Shown here in pieces: positions 26,112-36,558 of a stretch of DNA of 64,000 nt. Source of the stretch: a virus; the IMG/VR virus record IMGVR_UViG_3300021335_000003; one strand, 5' to 3'. The position numbers were made by a program, and so were the translations under genes. A model generated the notes under the pieces. That model was not told the DNA's origin. It searched no databases and was given only the letters and a program-made list of their open reading frames with translations. Every line of letters starts with the position of its first letter. Position 1 is the first letter of the stretch.

Positions 26112-26365
26112 TTTTTCTTTTTCCTTTCGTGGTTAGCCTTGCCAATATTGACAGCCCACTTGCCGCTGGCACGTATTTCGGCTAACTCCTCTTTGTATCT
26201 CTGTTTAGCCTCTTCGGCTCTTTCTCTGCATAAGGTAACTAGCTCACGTAGCTCTCTACGTATTCGTCTTTTACTACGCTCACTTGGCAAACGTTCGAAG
26301 TCTTCGCTTGCTGCCAAGTAGTCTAGTACCTTTTGCATTAATTTATCATGCGTGTCGTCTGTCAT
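26108..26365 (-). CDS. Small basic helical hypothetical protein
   Basis: 85 aa, R/K-rich; ATGA overlaps at both ends. Confidence 0.65.
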   Translation of the reverse strand: MTDDTHDKLMQKVLDYLAASEDFERLPSERSKRRIRRELRELVTLCRERAEEAKQRYKEELAEIRASGKWAVNIGKANHERKKKK

Positions 26366-28137
26366 TCTACAATATCGATATCGTTTTCATATGATGTAAA
26401 GCCATTCTCTTTGATAACTTTCATTACATGATTGACTCTACCAACAAGTTCGTCTTTGTGTGAGATGAGGAAAACATTTTTGCTACGCTCTCTACCCATC
26501 TTCTTGAGTACAGCGAGCGCATTTTCAACACCAGCAGTGTCCATACCTGAGTCAATAAGCTCGTCAATGAACAACAAGTTGATGCCTTGATACAACGATT
26601 CCCAAACATCACGGAATGCAAAACTCATGCCTAGTATCAGCCTGTTGCGTTCGCCTCTAGATAAGTTATCAAAGTCCAAGTCTTGTCCTAGTTGTGTAAT
26701 CTCAACTGACAAATCATTTTGGAATTCTACTTGATGTGGTAAGCCTAGTTTGTCTAAATAGTATGTGAGCCTATTGTTCAAGTACGCCAAGTTCTGATCA
26801 ATGATCTTTTTGCGGATGAACGAGTCTTTGTTTGTCAAAAGTTTCAGTAGAAACTCTTGATGTTCACGCAAGTTGGTAAGATCATTTACAGGTTGCCAAT
26901 CAATTTCTTGTAGTGCTGTTGTCTTCAAGTCCTCAATTTGTGCTTCGTAAGGATCTTCTTCTTGCGTTTTACTTATCAGTGTTTGTTTTAAATTATCTAC
27001 ATTGTTTCTGTGTTCATATGCTTCTTTGGCACTCTCATAAAACGTGTTAGGACGTCCGTTGATGTCACCAATTTCGTTGAGAAACTCCATAGTTGCTTCT
27101 AATTTGTCAGCAACTTCTGTTTGATAAGCAAGTGCATCACTTAATTCTTTTTGTTTTTTAGTTTCGATCTCTGCTTTCTTGTCTGCATGAAGCGTTTGAC
27201 CGCAAGTGTAACAAATAGCATCGTCAAGTTCTTTGATATCCTTTTCTGCTTTGTCAACACCTTTGGTTGCTCGCATCAATGCTGTTTCCAGTGTTGCTTT
27301 CTCTTTGTTCAAACTAGTTATACGATTATTCAATTCTGTCCAGTTGGTAAGTTTGTCGTGTGCTTCTAATTCTGCATCAATATCTAGTTTTTCTAGTTCT
27401 TCAAGTGCAGTTTGCATTCTATCTGCATCAGTTTTGCGTTTTGCAACCCAAGCACGTTGTCTTCCAGCAAGTGTTTCAATACTTTGTTCGATCTTTTTGT
27501 TACTTGCTTCTATTGCATTGATCTTTAGTGTTTCTTCTGTGATAAAGTCTTTGGTTTGTTTAACTTTTTCCTTCAACAAGTCTGCTTTTTCAGTAAGAAT
27601 GGTAATACCAAGTAGCTGTTCAATGATTGCACGTTGGTCATTTGCTCTCATACTGAGAAAAGGCTCTGTGTAAGTGTTGAGTGCAACAATATGTTTGAAC
27701 ATATCGTGACTCATATCTAACAAACTGTCAATATCTTTTTGTGTTTGACGACTATCGCCTTGTGATTCGTCAATATCTTCTTTTTGTTCGTGGTCATTTA
27801 TGTAAAACTTGAGAACATTTGGCGATCGACCACGTTCGATCCGATATTGATTGTTGCCTTTCTCAAAGTTAAGGGTAACCAACATGCCTTTGGAATTGGT
27901 CTTGTTAATAAGATTGTTCCGTTTGATGTTGGTTAGTGCTTGGCCGTACAAGGCGTAGGATAATGCATTGATTATCGTTGTTTTACCTGTACCGTTGCGT
28001 GATCCTGTATCGTCACCTCCTTGGTCTAAGTTTTCACCAAGCACAAGAGTGAGTTGCTCCTTGTTGAAGTCAACTGCTTGGGTAACATTACCCACACTCA
28101 TAAAGTTTTTTACTGTTAGGTCTTTAATTTTAATCAT
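26362..28137 (-). CDS. gp46: Recombination nuclease ATPase subunit (gp46, SbcC/Rad50-like)
   Basis: KNFMSVGN, Walker A NGTGKTT, zinc hook CYTCGQ, signature LSRGE, Walker B LLFIDE, ISH. Confidence 0.95.
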   Translation of the reverse strand: MIKIKDLTVKNFMSVGNVTQAVDFNKEQLTLVLGENLDQGGDDTGSRNGTGKTTIINALSYALYGQALTNIKRNNLINKTNSKGMLVTLNFEKGNNQYRIERGRSPNVLKFYINDHEQKEDIDESQGDSRQTQKDIDSLLDMSHDMFKHIVALNTYTEPFLSMRANDQRAIIEQLLGITILTEKADLLKEKVKQTKDFITEETLKINAIEASNKKIEQSIETLAGRQRAWVAKRKTDADRMQTALEELEKLDIDAELEAHDKLTNWTELNNRITSLNKEKATLETALMRATKGVDKAEKDIKELDDAICYTCGQTLHADKKAEIETKKQKELSDALAYQTEVADKLEATMEFLNEIGDINGRPNTFYESAKEAYEHRNNVDNLKQTLISKTQEEDPYEAQIEDLKTTALQEIDWQPVNDLTNLREHQEFLLKLLTNKDSFIRKKIIDQNLAYLNNRLTYYLDKLGLPHQVEFQNDLSVEITQLGQDLDFDNLSRGERNRLILGMSFAFRDVWESLYQGINLLFIDELIDSGMDTAGVENALAVLKKMGRERSKNVFLISHKDELVGRVNHVMKVIKENGFTSYENDIDIVE

Positions 28138-29147
28138 ACTAGCTCGTTGTATATGTCTAATAACAGTTTTTTGTTGAACTGTTCGCTGTCAATTGCTTGG
28201 ATTTCGTTGCTAACAATTTGATCTACGCTTTCAAATTGTTCAATATCCAAGTCTGTGTTGATTTCCTCAATGTGTTTCTGGGGAATCAGTGTGATCTCTC
28301 TACAGTTGTATGTGTCAATAAACGTTTCTTTGATGTATGTCGCTTCTTCAAAGCTGATATCGATATCAAGTGTAACTCTTAGGTACATGCTTGGCTTGAT
28401 CAGTGTGTCTTTCTCATCAATCAACTGTGATAACTTGACTGTACGGTACTTAGGACAGTCTGGCCAGTTGATATACTCTGGTTCTGCATCGTTCTCACGG
28501 TCCAGTATCATCATACCACGGTCGTCATCCCAAGCATCTGCATAGTTGTGTGGGAAAGCATTGCCGATATAGTGGATCTTACCCTGCCGTTGTCGCTTGT
28601 GAAAGTGGCCACTAAACACATACTCTTGATTCTTGAAGTGTTCTGATTTTAGTTCACCGTGATCTGGCATTTGTACCATAGCATTCATGTAAAACGATGG
28701 TAGTTCAAAGTGTCCAAACAGATATTTGGATTGTAACTTCTCAATACGCCGCCATTCCTCACCTACTAACCACGGAACCAGTGCTACATCTTCAATAACC
28801 TGTATCTCATCTACCACTGTAATGTTAGGAATGTGTTTTGCAAACTCAGTTGACTTAACATCACGCTTGTCTTTGTAGTACAAGTCGTGGTTACCAGCAA
28901 ACATATAGAACTTTTCAAACGATTCACCTAGTTTCTCCAACAACCGTATGGTTGTATCCATAGTTGTAAGGTTCAAACTGTTCCTATTATGGTGCCAGTC
29001 GCCGCAAAAGATGCCTGTTTCGCAATTGTTTGCTTTTGCTGTTTCAATATACCAATCGATATAGTCTTCACAGTCCTGATTATGGACACGTGAGTTGCCT
29101 TTCATACCTAAATGTATGTCAGTAAATACTGCTGCCTTTTTAAACAA
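28134..29147 (-). CDS. gp47: Recombination nuclease subunit (gp47, SbcD/Mre11-like)
   Basis: TDIHLG, GDW, GNHD, GHFE, SGHFH phosphoesterase motifs; TTG start with GGAG. Confidence 0.95.
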   Translation of the reverse strand: MFKKAAVFTDIHLGMKGNSRVHNQDCEDYIDWYIETAKANNCETGIFCGDWHHNRNSLNLTTMDTTIRLLEKLGESFEKFYMFAGNHDLYYKDKRDVKSTEFAKHIPNITVVDEIQVIEDVALVPWLVGEEWRRIEKLQSKYLFGHFELPSFYMNAMVQMPDHGELKSEHFKNQEYVFSGHFHKRQRQGKIHYIGNAFPHNYADAWDDDRGMMILDRENDAEPEYINWPDCPKYRTVKLSQLIDEKDTLIKPSMYLRVTLDIDISFEEATYIKETFIDTYNCREITLIPQKHIEEINTDLDIEQFESVDQIVSNEIQAIDSEQFNKKLLLDIYNELV

Positions 29148-29169
29148 TAGAATACTCCACTTCTAACAC

Positions 29170-29198
29170 AGTATAGCGGAGATTGATTTAGAAATCAA
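29170..29198 (-). promoter_or_regulatory. sigma70-like promoter for gp47-gp46
   Basis: TTGATT-17 nt-TATACT. Confidence 0.6.
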
Positions 29199-30022
29199 CC
29201 TTTATTTGCGTTTTCTCTGCGCTGTGCTGCTTCCCATTCGCCACTATGTAAGCGTGTATGCGATGGATTCATATCATTCATTTCTAAAATGTCGTCTCTA
29301 ATGTTTTGATTACGTTTTTCAATGTTGATTACACGTACAAAACTGTTTGTAACGGCTGCTGTGTAGTAAGCAAATGGGTTTTGCGACTTTGATTCGTCGA
29401 ATTGTAGTCCAATTTGAGCAAGTTGTAGGATTGCTTGTCCTCTCATTTCATCATTGTATGTGTATCCACGCACATTGCCTCTTGTTGCGTAGCGATCACA
29501 CAGTTTCATCCACATGCGGGCAAGTTCGTTAGTAGCTTTGCCGTGTGTTTTATCAAAGTAACCGTTTTCCATTCCGCCTACCCAATGACTTTTACCTACA
29601 CAGACTAGGTTGTTGTTATCATCAAACTTGTAATGTTGGAATGGAGGAAAGTTTAATTTTGTTTTATGATCTGCAACTGTCTTAGGATTTTTCTTGCGTC
29701 CTGGCTCGTCTGGAATATGATCAAATGTCATTATACGGAACACAAGGTCTGTTTTTTCAATTTTTCTATAATCAACTTCAAATTCTGCCTGCTTTACTTT
29801 TTTACCAGCAGCTTTTGCAGCTTCATATGCTTGTGTTCCTTGTTTCTTTGCCTTGTTACGTTTTGCTTCTGCTATAGTTCTGATGTTTATTTTGTCAATA
29901 TCAGTAAGTATGATATCATAATTTGCATATTCAGGTGCTACATAACTACAAAACGTTGCTTTTGACTTGTGTATTTCCGCTAACATGTCCTTGTTGTTTA
30001 AATAATTTACTTTTCTTGCCAT
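29195..30022 (-). CDS. gp55: Late-transcription sigma factor (gp55-like)
   Basis: NYLNNKD, GYTYNDEM, FDESKSQNPFAYYT...NSF.R.I..EK. Confidence 0.88.
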   Translation of the reverse strand: MARKVNYLNNKDMLAEIHKSKATFCSYVAPEYANYDIILTDIDKINIRTIAEAKRNKAKKQGTQAYEAAKAAGKKVKQAEFEVDYRKIEKTDLVFRIMTFDHIPDEPGRKKNPKTVADHKTKLNFPPFQHYKFDDNNNLVCVGKSHWVGGMENGYFDKTHGKATNELARMWMKLCDRYATRGNVRGYTYNDEMRGQAILQLAQIGLQFDESKSQNPFAYYTAAVTNSFVRVINIEKRNQNIRDDILEMNDMNPSHTRLHSGEWEAAQRRENANKG

Positions 30023-30044
30023 ATTTAGATCAATCCTTTTTTAC

Positions 30045-30073
30045 ATTATAATATACGCACATATTTTTGTCAA
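30045..30073 (-). promoter_or_regulatory. Consensus sigma70 promoter for gp55
   Basis: TTGACA (30073-30068)-17 nt-TATAAT (30050-30045). Confidence 0.85.
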
Positions 30074-30074
30074 C

Positions 30075-30080
30075 TAAATA
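30075..30080 (+). promoter_or_regulatory. Late promoter box for the baseplate operon
   Basis: cTAAATAc upstream of SD AGGAG and ATG 30097. Confidence 0.6.
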
Positions 30081-30096
30081 CTATGTAGGAGTGAAT

Positions 30097-30906
30097 ATGG
30101 CTAATAATCCAAGACAAGCAAACAATTTGGGCAATGTTGATGCACAAACAAGAACCTTTGTTGGTTCTCGTGGGTCGAGAGATATTGTTATTACAAATCC
30201 TGGCGATATTACCAGACAAAGAAGATTAAACAATCTTCCAAATGGTGCTGAACCGTCACAATCATTATCTCAAACAGCAACTTTTTTGCCTACTGATGAT
30301 ACACAACCAGACTGGAGGGTAAAAATCAGTGTTCCTGCATTATCTACCTATAGAACAAGTTCAATTTTACAACCTTTGGCAAAAACTGGTTATAATGTTG
30401 TATTTCCTGTAACTCCTATGATTAACTTAGTAACAAGTGCTATGTATGAAGATTTCTCTCCTGTACATAGTAATTATCCTTTTCCTTCATATGTTAATAG
30501 TAGGACAGAAGATATAACAATATCTGGAAGTTTTCCTGTGCAAACACAAGAAGATGGATTGTATTGGTTAGCAGCTATTCACTTTTTTAGGAGTTTAACC
30601 AAAATGTTCTATGGAGAGACTAGTGAAAAAGGTGCTCCGCCTCCTGTTGTAAAGTTAAGCGGTTATGGAAGTTATGTTATGAATAATATTCCAGTTGTCA
30701 TTACACAAATGACATTTGATTTGCCAAATAATGTTGATTATTTGCAAGTAGGTGCTGCTGGTATCACACCTGACAAATATCAAATGGTTCCAACAAACAG
30801 TACTATTGCTGTATCTTGCAGACCTGTGCATAGTAGAGCAAAAATTAGTGAATTTTCTTTGGATAACTTTGTTTCTGGTAATCTTTCAGATAAAGGATTT
30901 ATCTAA
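30097..30906 (+). CDS. Baseplate tail-tube initiator/cap-like protein (gp48/gp54-like)
   Basis: FP.TP, P.HSNYP, F.RS.TKMFYG, G.PPP...L.GYG.Y...N.PVV; precedes the gp53-like gene; start moved to the ATG after AGGAG. Confidence 0.6.
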   Translation: MANNPRQANNLGNVDAQTRTFVGSRGSRDIVITNPGDITRQRRLNNLPNGAEPSQSLSQTATFLPTDDTQPDWRVKISVPALSTYRTSSILQPLAKTGYNVVFPVTPMINLVTSAMYEDFSPVHSNYPFPSYVNSRTEDITISGSFPVQTQEDGLYWLAAIHFFRSLTKMFYGETSEKGAPPPVVKLSGYGSYVMNNIPVVITQMTFDLPNNVDYLQVGAAGITPDKYQMVPTNSTIAVSCRPVHSRAKISEFSLDNFVSGNLSDKGFI

Positions 30907-31208
30907 TGGCGCAATATGGAAAAACTAGTCCTTGGGGAAACACAGATTTTACCAACACAGGTGAATTAGATATATTAAGGATACGTCCTGTACCAGCAGA
31001 AGATGATGATATTTTATATACAATAGAACCGCAATATACATATAGACCTGACTTGCTTGCTTTTGACTTGTATGGCACTGCAAAGTTGTGGTGGATATTT
31101 GCTCAACGCAATATTGATACATTAAAAGATCCTGTGTTTGATTTTATACCAGGTACCAAAATATATCTACCTAAGTCGTCAGCAGTCAAAAAAGGTCTTA
31201 ATTTATAA
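30906..31208 (+). CDS. Baseplate wedge protein (gp53/LysM-like)
   Basis: YRPDLLAFDLYG...LWWIFAQRN...DP.FDF.PG..IYLP. Confidence 0.8.
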   Translation: MAQYGKTSPWGNTDFTNTGELDILRIRPVPAEDDDILYTIEPQYTYRPDLLAFDLYGTAKLWWIFAQRNIDTLKDPVFDFIPGTKIYLPKSSAVKKGLNL

Positions 31209-33556
31209 TGGCAATAGAAACAAACAGCTTACATCAGTTTAGCAGTTTTAACAATATCTTCACTTTTAGTTGTTTAACACGTGAAGAAATTGCTGTTCCC
31301 AACGAAACCTATAGAAATTATGGCCCTGCTAATGTTATTTTCCAAAGTGGCGGTACATATGAAAATAAAGTCACAACAGAATATGAAACAGCAATAGGCG
31401 GCAAATTAGAATATTATATTGATAATGTAATGATAGAAGCATTATGTGTTCCTAATACAAAATCACGTAGTACAAATGCAACATACATAGAGTTTACAGT
31501 AACAGAACCATACAGTATGGGTCTATTTCTGCAAACTTGTCAAATAGCAGCAAACATGAGCGGCTATACAAACTATCAACGTGCGCCTTACATGCTTAGT
31601 ATTGAATTTATTGGCTATGATGATGACGGTGATATTATTGTTACAGAAAGCGGACAAAATTTACGCAGAGATATTCCTGTAAAAATTACAAATATTACAT
31701 TTGAAGTTAATCAAGGCGGAACAGTTTATACTGTTGAAGCAATGCCTTGGAATGAACAAGCATATTTAGATGATAAAACAGGTGTTCCTATTGATATTGC
31801 ACTCAAAGGCAACAGCATAGAAAAATGTTTGCAGAGTGGAGAGCAAAGTTTATGCACAGTTATGAACGGACACTTTGAAGAATTAAAACAGCAAAACAAA
31901 CTTATCGAAGCTGACGAATTTGTTGTTACTTTTCCTAAAGATATTGCAACAAAATTTAATCCAGCACAAGTTGCAAGCACTAGTGACGTAGGAGCAACTA
32001 CAAAAAGTGTGACCAGTAGAAGAGGCAGTAGTCTTTTTGGTAGAGTTGCAGCAGGTGCAATTGGCGGTATTATTAGTGGTGGATTAAGCGGAAATAAGAA
32101 TATTGGTCAAAATGCTCTAAGTGGTGCGTTAGGAGGAGCACTTGGAGGAGTTTTAGGCGGCGGTCTTGGCGGATTTGGTGGCGGATTAATAGGTGGATTA
32201 CTTACTAATTTTAAAAGTGGAAATACACAAGGATTATTTGAAGGCATAAGCGGATTTTTAGGCGCACAAGCACCTCAAAACTTTGAGAGTTTTCTAAGTA
32301 TGATTACTGGACAAATTTTAACCAAAAGCAGTATAGGTGAAAACCTAGCAAGAATAGCACAAGATCCTAGTAGTCTAAACAATTTAGGTAAAGCAAAAAT
32401 AATTTCTGGTCATGAAGAACAAGGTAAAGCACCTATGGCGCAAACTGGACAAGTTTATGACAAGAAAAACAAGGTTTACACAAGAGCAAAAAATGTAGTC
32501 AGTAACGACGAACGTGTGTTTGAATATCCTGCAGGCACAAGTATGATTAAAATTATTGAAGATGTAGTTTTAACTAGTCAATGGGCAAAAGATTTAAAAG
32601 AAAGAGCACCAGACGAAAACGGAATGGTACCTTGGTTTAGAATTGATGCAGAAACATATTTAAAAGCTAACCAAACACAAGAAAATGTATATGGCGAAGA
32701 TGCAAAAGTTTTCCATTATAAAGTTGTAGAATATATGGTGCATAGTAGTCACTTGCAAAGACCAAGCGACCCGGGTGTAAATTACAATGCTTTACGTGAA
32801 AATGCAATCAAAGAATACAATTACATCTACAGTGGCGAAAACACAGATATATTAAATTTTGATATACAATTTAATGCAGCATTTTTTCAATTTCTACAGT
32901 CAGATTACGGACAAGGTACAGTAGATTTTAAAACAGGTGGAATACAACAGAACACTGTGCAATCAAAACCAGAAACATTAACTATGAAAACAGAAAATTC
33001 TGGTGCATTTAGTGCTAATGGTGCGGTAGTACAAAGTTTTAATCCAAGCTCAAGCACACAGGGCAATGGCGGTGCTGGAATTGATAACAGTAAAATACGT
33101 TGGGCAAGACAATTCCATGATAACATTTTAGGATCTGGCAGTATGGACTTGGTAGAAGTTGATTTGGAAATATTTGGAGATCCGTATTTTATTGTTGATA
33201 CTGGCATGGGCAACTGGACAGATGAACCAGGAAGTTTAAACAGCACAGCAAATGGACAAGTTGAATATCAACGCAGTGAGTGTGATATACTTTTAAACTT
33301 TAGAACACCCATTGATTACAATCCGGAAACAGGCGGTATGATATTTCCAGAAGATACAATACCTGTACAACAGTTTAGCGGCTTGTATAGAGTTACAAAA
33401 ATCACAAACGAAATACGTGGAAACAAATTTACACAAGTTTTAAAATTATTACGTAGAAGAGGGCAACCAGAGGATACAAACACAACTGGTGATAATCCAG
33501 TTAAAGTTAGAGATACACAGCCAAATGAAAATATGGCAACACCGTTTAAAGGTTAA
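31208..33556 (+). CDS. Baseplate hub protein (gp27-like) with a glycine-rich insertion
   Basis: EF.V.EPY, LEI.GDPYF, SGLYRV..I.N...G.F.Q.L.L.R; located between gp53- and gp5-like genes. Confidence 0.65.
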   Translation: MAIETNSLHQFSSFNNIFTFSCLTREEIAVPNETYRNYGPANVIFQSGGTYENKVTTEYETAIGGKLEYYIDNVMIEALCVPNTKSRSTNATYIEFTVTEPYSMGLFLQTCQIAANMSGYTNYQRAPYMLSIEFIGYDDDGDIIVTESGQNLRRDIPVKITNITFEVNQGGTVYTVEAMPWNEQAYLDDKTGVPIDIALKGNSIEKCLQSGEQSLCTVMNGHFEELKQQNKLIEADEFVVTFPKDIATKFNPAQVASTSDVGATTKSVTSRRGSSLFGRVAAGAIGGIISGGLSGNKNIGQNALSGALGGALGGVLGGGLGGFGGGLIGGLLTNFKSGNTQGLFEGISGFLGAQAPQNFESFLSMITGQILTKSSIGENLARIAQDPSSLNNLGKAKIISGHEEQGKAPMAQTGQVYDKKNKVYTRAKNVVSNDERVFEYPAGTSMIKIIEDVVLTSQWAKDLKERAPDENGMVPWFRIDAETYLKANQTQENVYGEDAKVFHYKVVEYMVHSSHLQRPSDPGVNYNALRENAIKEYNYIYSGENTDILNFDIQFNAAFFQFLQSDYGQGTVDFKTGGIQQNTVQSKPETLTMKTENSGAFSANGAVVQSFNPSSSTQGNGGAGIDNSKIRWARQFHDNILGSGSMDLVEVDLEIFGDPYFIVDTGMGNWTDEPGSLNSTANGQVEYQRSECDILLNFRTPIDYNPETGGMIFPEDTIPVQQFSGLYRVTKITNEIRGNKFTQVLKLLRRRGQPEDTNTTGDNPVKVRDTQPNENMATPFKG

Positions 33557-33559
33557 AAA

Positions 33560-35251
33560 ATGGAAAAGAAAACAGCAAGTATAGAAACCTCAGAACAAAA
33601 ACGTACCGCTGGTATAGTTGAGCCAACAAAAAACGCTGGCCCATTTATTGCCCGTGTTATTAAACATGCTGATCCATATTACCTTGGTGGTTTAGAAGTT
33701 GAATTGTTAAAAACTACAGAAGCAGGCAATGTTGGAGAAACACTAGGACAAACTGCTATTGTTTATTATGCAAGTCCTTTTTACGGTGTAACTGGCGCAC
33801 AGCATTTAGGCAAAAACGACAGTTATTCAAACACACAAAAAAGTTATGGTTTTTGGATGGTACCGCCTGATCCAGGCACACTTGTACTTGTAACATTTGT
33901 AGAAGGTAGCAGAGAGTTTGGCTATTGGTTTGCTTGTATTCCCGAAAAAGGCATGACCTATATGTTACCAGGTGGTCAACCTGCAACAGAACAAACCAGT
34001 GGTAACATTCCAAAAGAATTAAAAGGTAAAAAATTACCAGTTGGAGAATACAACAAAAAAATTACAAAACCTAGCACAAACAATGTTGTAAAATACAAAA
34101 GACCTGTAAATGAAGACTTTGTTAATATATTAAAAGAACAAGGCACTGTAGAAGATGATATTAGAGGTATTACAACTACAAGTGCGCAACGTGAATTTCC
34201 AAGTGCAGTTTATGGATTTAGTTCTCCAGGTCCGCTTGATAAACGTGGAGGATCTCCGCAAGGTAAAGTTGGTATAAAAGAAAGTCAAGCAACTGTGCAT
34301 ACAAGTCGGTTGGGTAGTAGTAGTATTGTAATTGATGACGGCGATGACAAGTTTCTACGCAAAGGATCTCCTGAAGATACACCATATGAATATGTCAATA
34401 AAGAAGCAAGTGAAGCAGGCGGCGATGTAACACGCCCTGCTAATGAGATGATACGTTTCCGCACACGCACAGGTGCGCAAATTATGATTAATACCAGTGA
34501 AGATTTGATCTACATTAATAACAGTAGAGGCACTGCATGGATAGAAATGTCAAGTAATGGCAAACTTGATGTTTATGCAAAAGATAGTATTAGTTTTCAC
34601 ACAGAAACAGATTTCAACTTTATTGCAGATAGAGATATAAACTTTGAAGCTGGCAGAAATATTAACATGATGGTAAATTACAACCTTAATATTAGTGCAG
34701 CTCAAGATTATCAACTACTAGTCGGACGTAATGGAAACATAAAATTTAAAAACAATTTAGATACTACTGTTACTAATGATATGAAAACAACTGTGTTGAA
34801 TGACAAGCATGTTTTAGTTACAAATGATTTATTTGAAACTGCACAAAATGATGTGAATATATATGCAGGTAATAATATGAATTTGAGCGGCAAAGCAGGT
34901 GTAGGTGGATACAGCGGAGGAGATATGAAACTAACAGCAGTTGGTACAAGTAATATTAAATCTAGTCATCATAAAGAAACTGCAAACCGTATTGATATGA
35001 ACGGTCCACCTGCGGCTACTACTGAACCTGCACCAGAAGCAACTGAAGCAGTTTTACCTATAAAAGCATTTTTCCCACAACGTGTTCCACAGCACGAACC
35101 ATGGCAAGGACATGAAAACTGGAATCCATTAGAAACAGCACCTGAAAATACACAAGCTGTTGATACAGAAAGCCAAGACATACACATGGAAGAACGTCCT
35201 GTACATACTGATAGGACACCAATGAATGAATTAAAACCGGAGGATGATTGA
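33560..35251 (+). CDS. Baseplate central spike (gp5/VgrG-like)
   Basis: OB-fold DP...G.L.V and SYGFWMVPPD.G..VLV.F; beta-helix-like repeats; C-terminal RVP.HEPW.GHE. Confidence 0.8.
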   Translation: MEKKTASIETSEQKRTAGIVEPTKNAGPFIARVIKHADPYYLGGLEVELLKTTEAGNVGETLGQTAIVYYASPFYGVTGAQHLGKNDSYSNTQKSYGFWMVPPDPGTLVLVTFVEGSREFGYWFACIPEKGMTYMLPGGQPATEQTSGNIPKELKGKKLPVGEYNKKITKPSTNNVVKYKRPVNEDFVNILKEQGTVEDDIRGITTTSAQREFPSAVYGFSSPGPLDKRGGSPQGKVGIKESQATVHTSRLGSSSIVIDDGDDKFLRKGSPEDTPYEYVNKEASEAGGDVTRPANEMIRFRTRTGAQIMINTSEDLIYINNSRGTAWIEMSSNGKLDVYAKDSISFHTETDFNFIADRDINFEAGRNINMMVNYNLNISAAQDYQLLVGRNGNIKFKNNLDTTVTNDMKTTVLNDKHVLVTNDLFETAQNDVNIYAGNNMNLSGKAGVGGYSGGDMKLTAVGTSNIKSSHHKETANRIDMNGPPAATTEPAPEATEAVLPIKAFFPQRVPQHEPWQGHENWNPLETAPENTQAVDTESQDIHMEERPVHTDRTPMNELKPEDD

Positions 35252-36546
35252 TGTTTAAGGTAATTGGGGGCGAACTAAAAACAGCAGCATTACGAGAAAG
35301 TAATAAAATATTAGGAAACGCAGTAAATCAAATTGCAGCAAAAAACCCTATACCAACTATTGCAACAGTAGGTGCAATTCAAGGTTTTGCATCAAGTGGA
35401 AATTTACAAGGTGCAATTAGAGGGGCAGCACAAGGTGTCATAGGAGCTGGTTTACAGCAACTTGGAAATCAAATACCTCCTCAATTAGCAGGCGCCGCAG
35501 CAGCATTGCAAGGCATTGCCAATCCAGCAGCATTTACAGCAAACGGTTGGATAAATCCAGATACATTAGCAGGCGGTTATACAAATGCGGTGAGAAACGC
35601 TACTGGACAAGTAGGTACGCCAACTTCAACCTATGCAGGTACTATAGATGCATCTAATCCTTCTAAAGCTAGAACAATAATTATTGATGCTACACAAGGT
35701 GAAGTTCTAAATATCAAAGACAGTTTTTTACAAGGTGTTGCAGGTGGGTTGAGCAGCATAGCTGGACAAGGTATTAATAATCTATTAGGTAGTTTACCTA
35801 GCACAATGCAAAACCTATTAAGTACAACAGGATTAACTGGTGCATTAGGCAGCGCAATCAGTGGAGGTTTAGGAAAAGCATTAGGCGGACTTGGAAACGC
35901 ATTGGGAGATGTTGCTGGCAAACTAGCAAACGGGTTAGGTGGAGCAATTGCAAGTATTCCTGGTGTAGGACCTGTGTTTGAAGGATTTACAAAAGGAATT
36001 AGTTCTTTTGCTAAAAATTTAGATGGTGCAGTAAAAGGATTGCCTACAGATTTACAAATAGCAATCAGTGGTGCTGCTGCACAAGTAGGTGCTAATTTAA
36101 TAGGAAAAGCATTTAAAAAACCAAATGTTGTAAAAGATGTAGGAAGACAAGTTGCACGTAATATTGCTTTTAAAGAAAATCCTATTACTCAAGTAAATGC
36201 GATTGCCGAAACTGCTAATGAAGTCCATAGAAAAATATACAAAAGCACAGGAGATAAGAGCTTTTTAAATGCAGCAAATGCAGCTAGAAAAACAGCTAAA
36301 AAGTTTGGTACAAAACTTGTAAAAAAGAATAGTTTATTTTTATTAGATAACAATAAAGAACAAGTTACGCAACCTAATAAAATTGTAAATGGACAAGTAA
36401 CAAATATTAATAGCAACACTGTAAAAAAATCAACAACTAGTAACATTTGTTATCTACCAACAGATCCAGATTATAATAGAATTGCTGAATACATACCATA
36501 TGATGATATTGATGCCTGTTTAATATCTGGTGGCATTTCGAGGTAG
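35248..36546 (+). CDS. Gly/Ala-rich hypothetical protein in the baseplate cluster
   Basis: 432 aa with long GxxxG stretches and a basic C-terminus. Confidence 0.65.
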   Translation: MMFKVIGGELKTAALRESNKILGNAVNQIAAKNPIPTIATVGAIQGFASSGNLQGAIRGAAQGVIGAGLQQLGNQIPPQLAGAAAALQGIANPAAFTANGWINPDTLAGGYTNAVRNATGQVGTPTSTYAGTIDASNPSKARTIIIDATQGEVLNIKDSFLQGVAGGLSSIAGQGINNLLGSLPSTMQNLLSTTGLTGALGSAISGGLGKALGGLGNALGDVAGKLANGLGGAIASIPGVGPVFEGFTKGISSFAKNLDGAVKGLPTDLQIAISGAAAQVGANLIGKAFKKPNVVKDVGRQVARNIAFKENPITQVNAIAETANEVHRKIYKSTGDKSFLNAANAARKTAKKFGTKLVKKNSLFLLDNNKEQVTQPNKIVNGQVTNINSNTVKKSTTSNICYLPTDPDYNRIAEYIPYDDIDACLISGGISR

Positions 36547-36558
36547 GATAAATACGTT

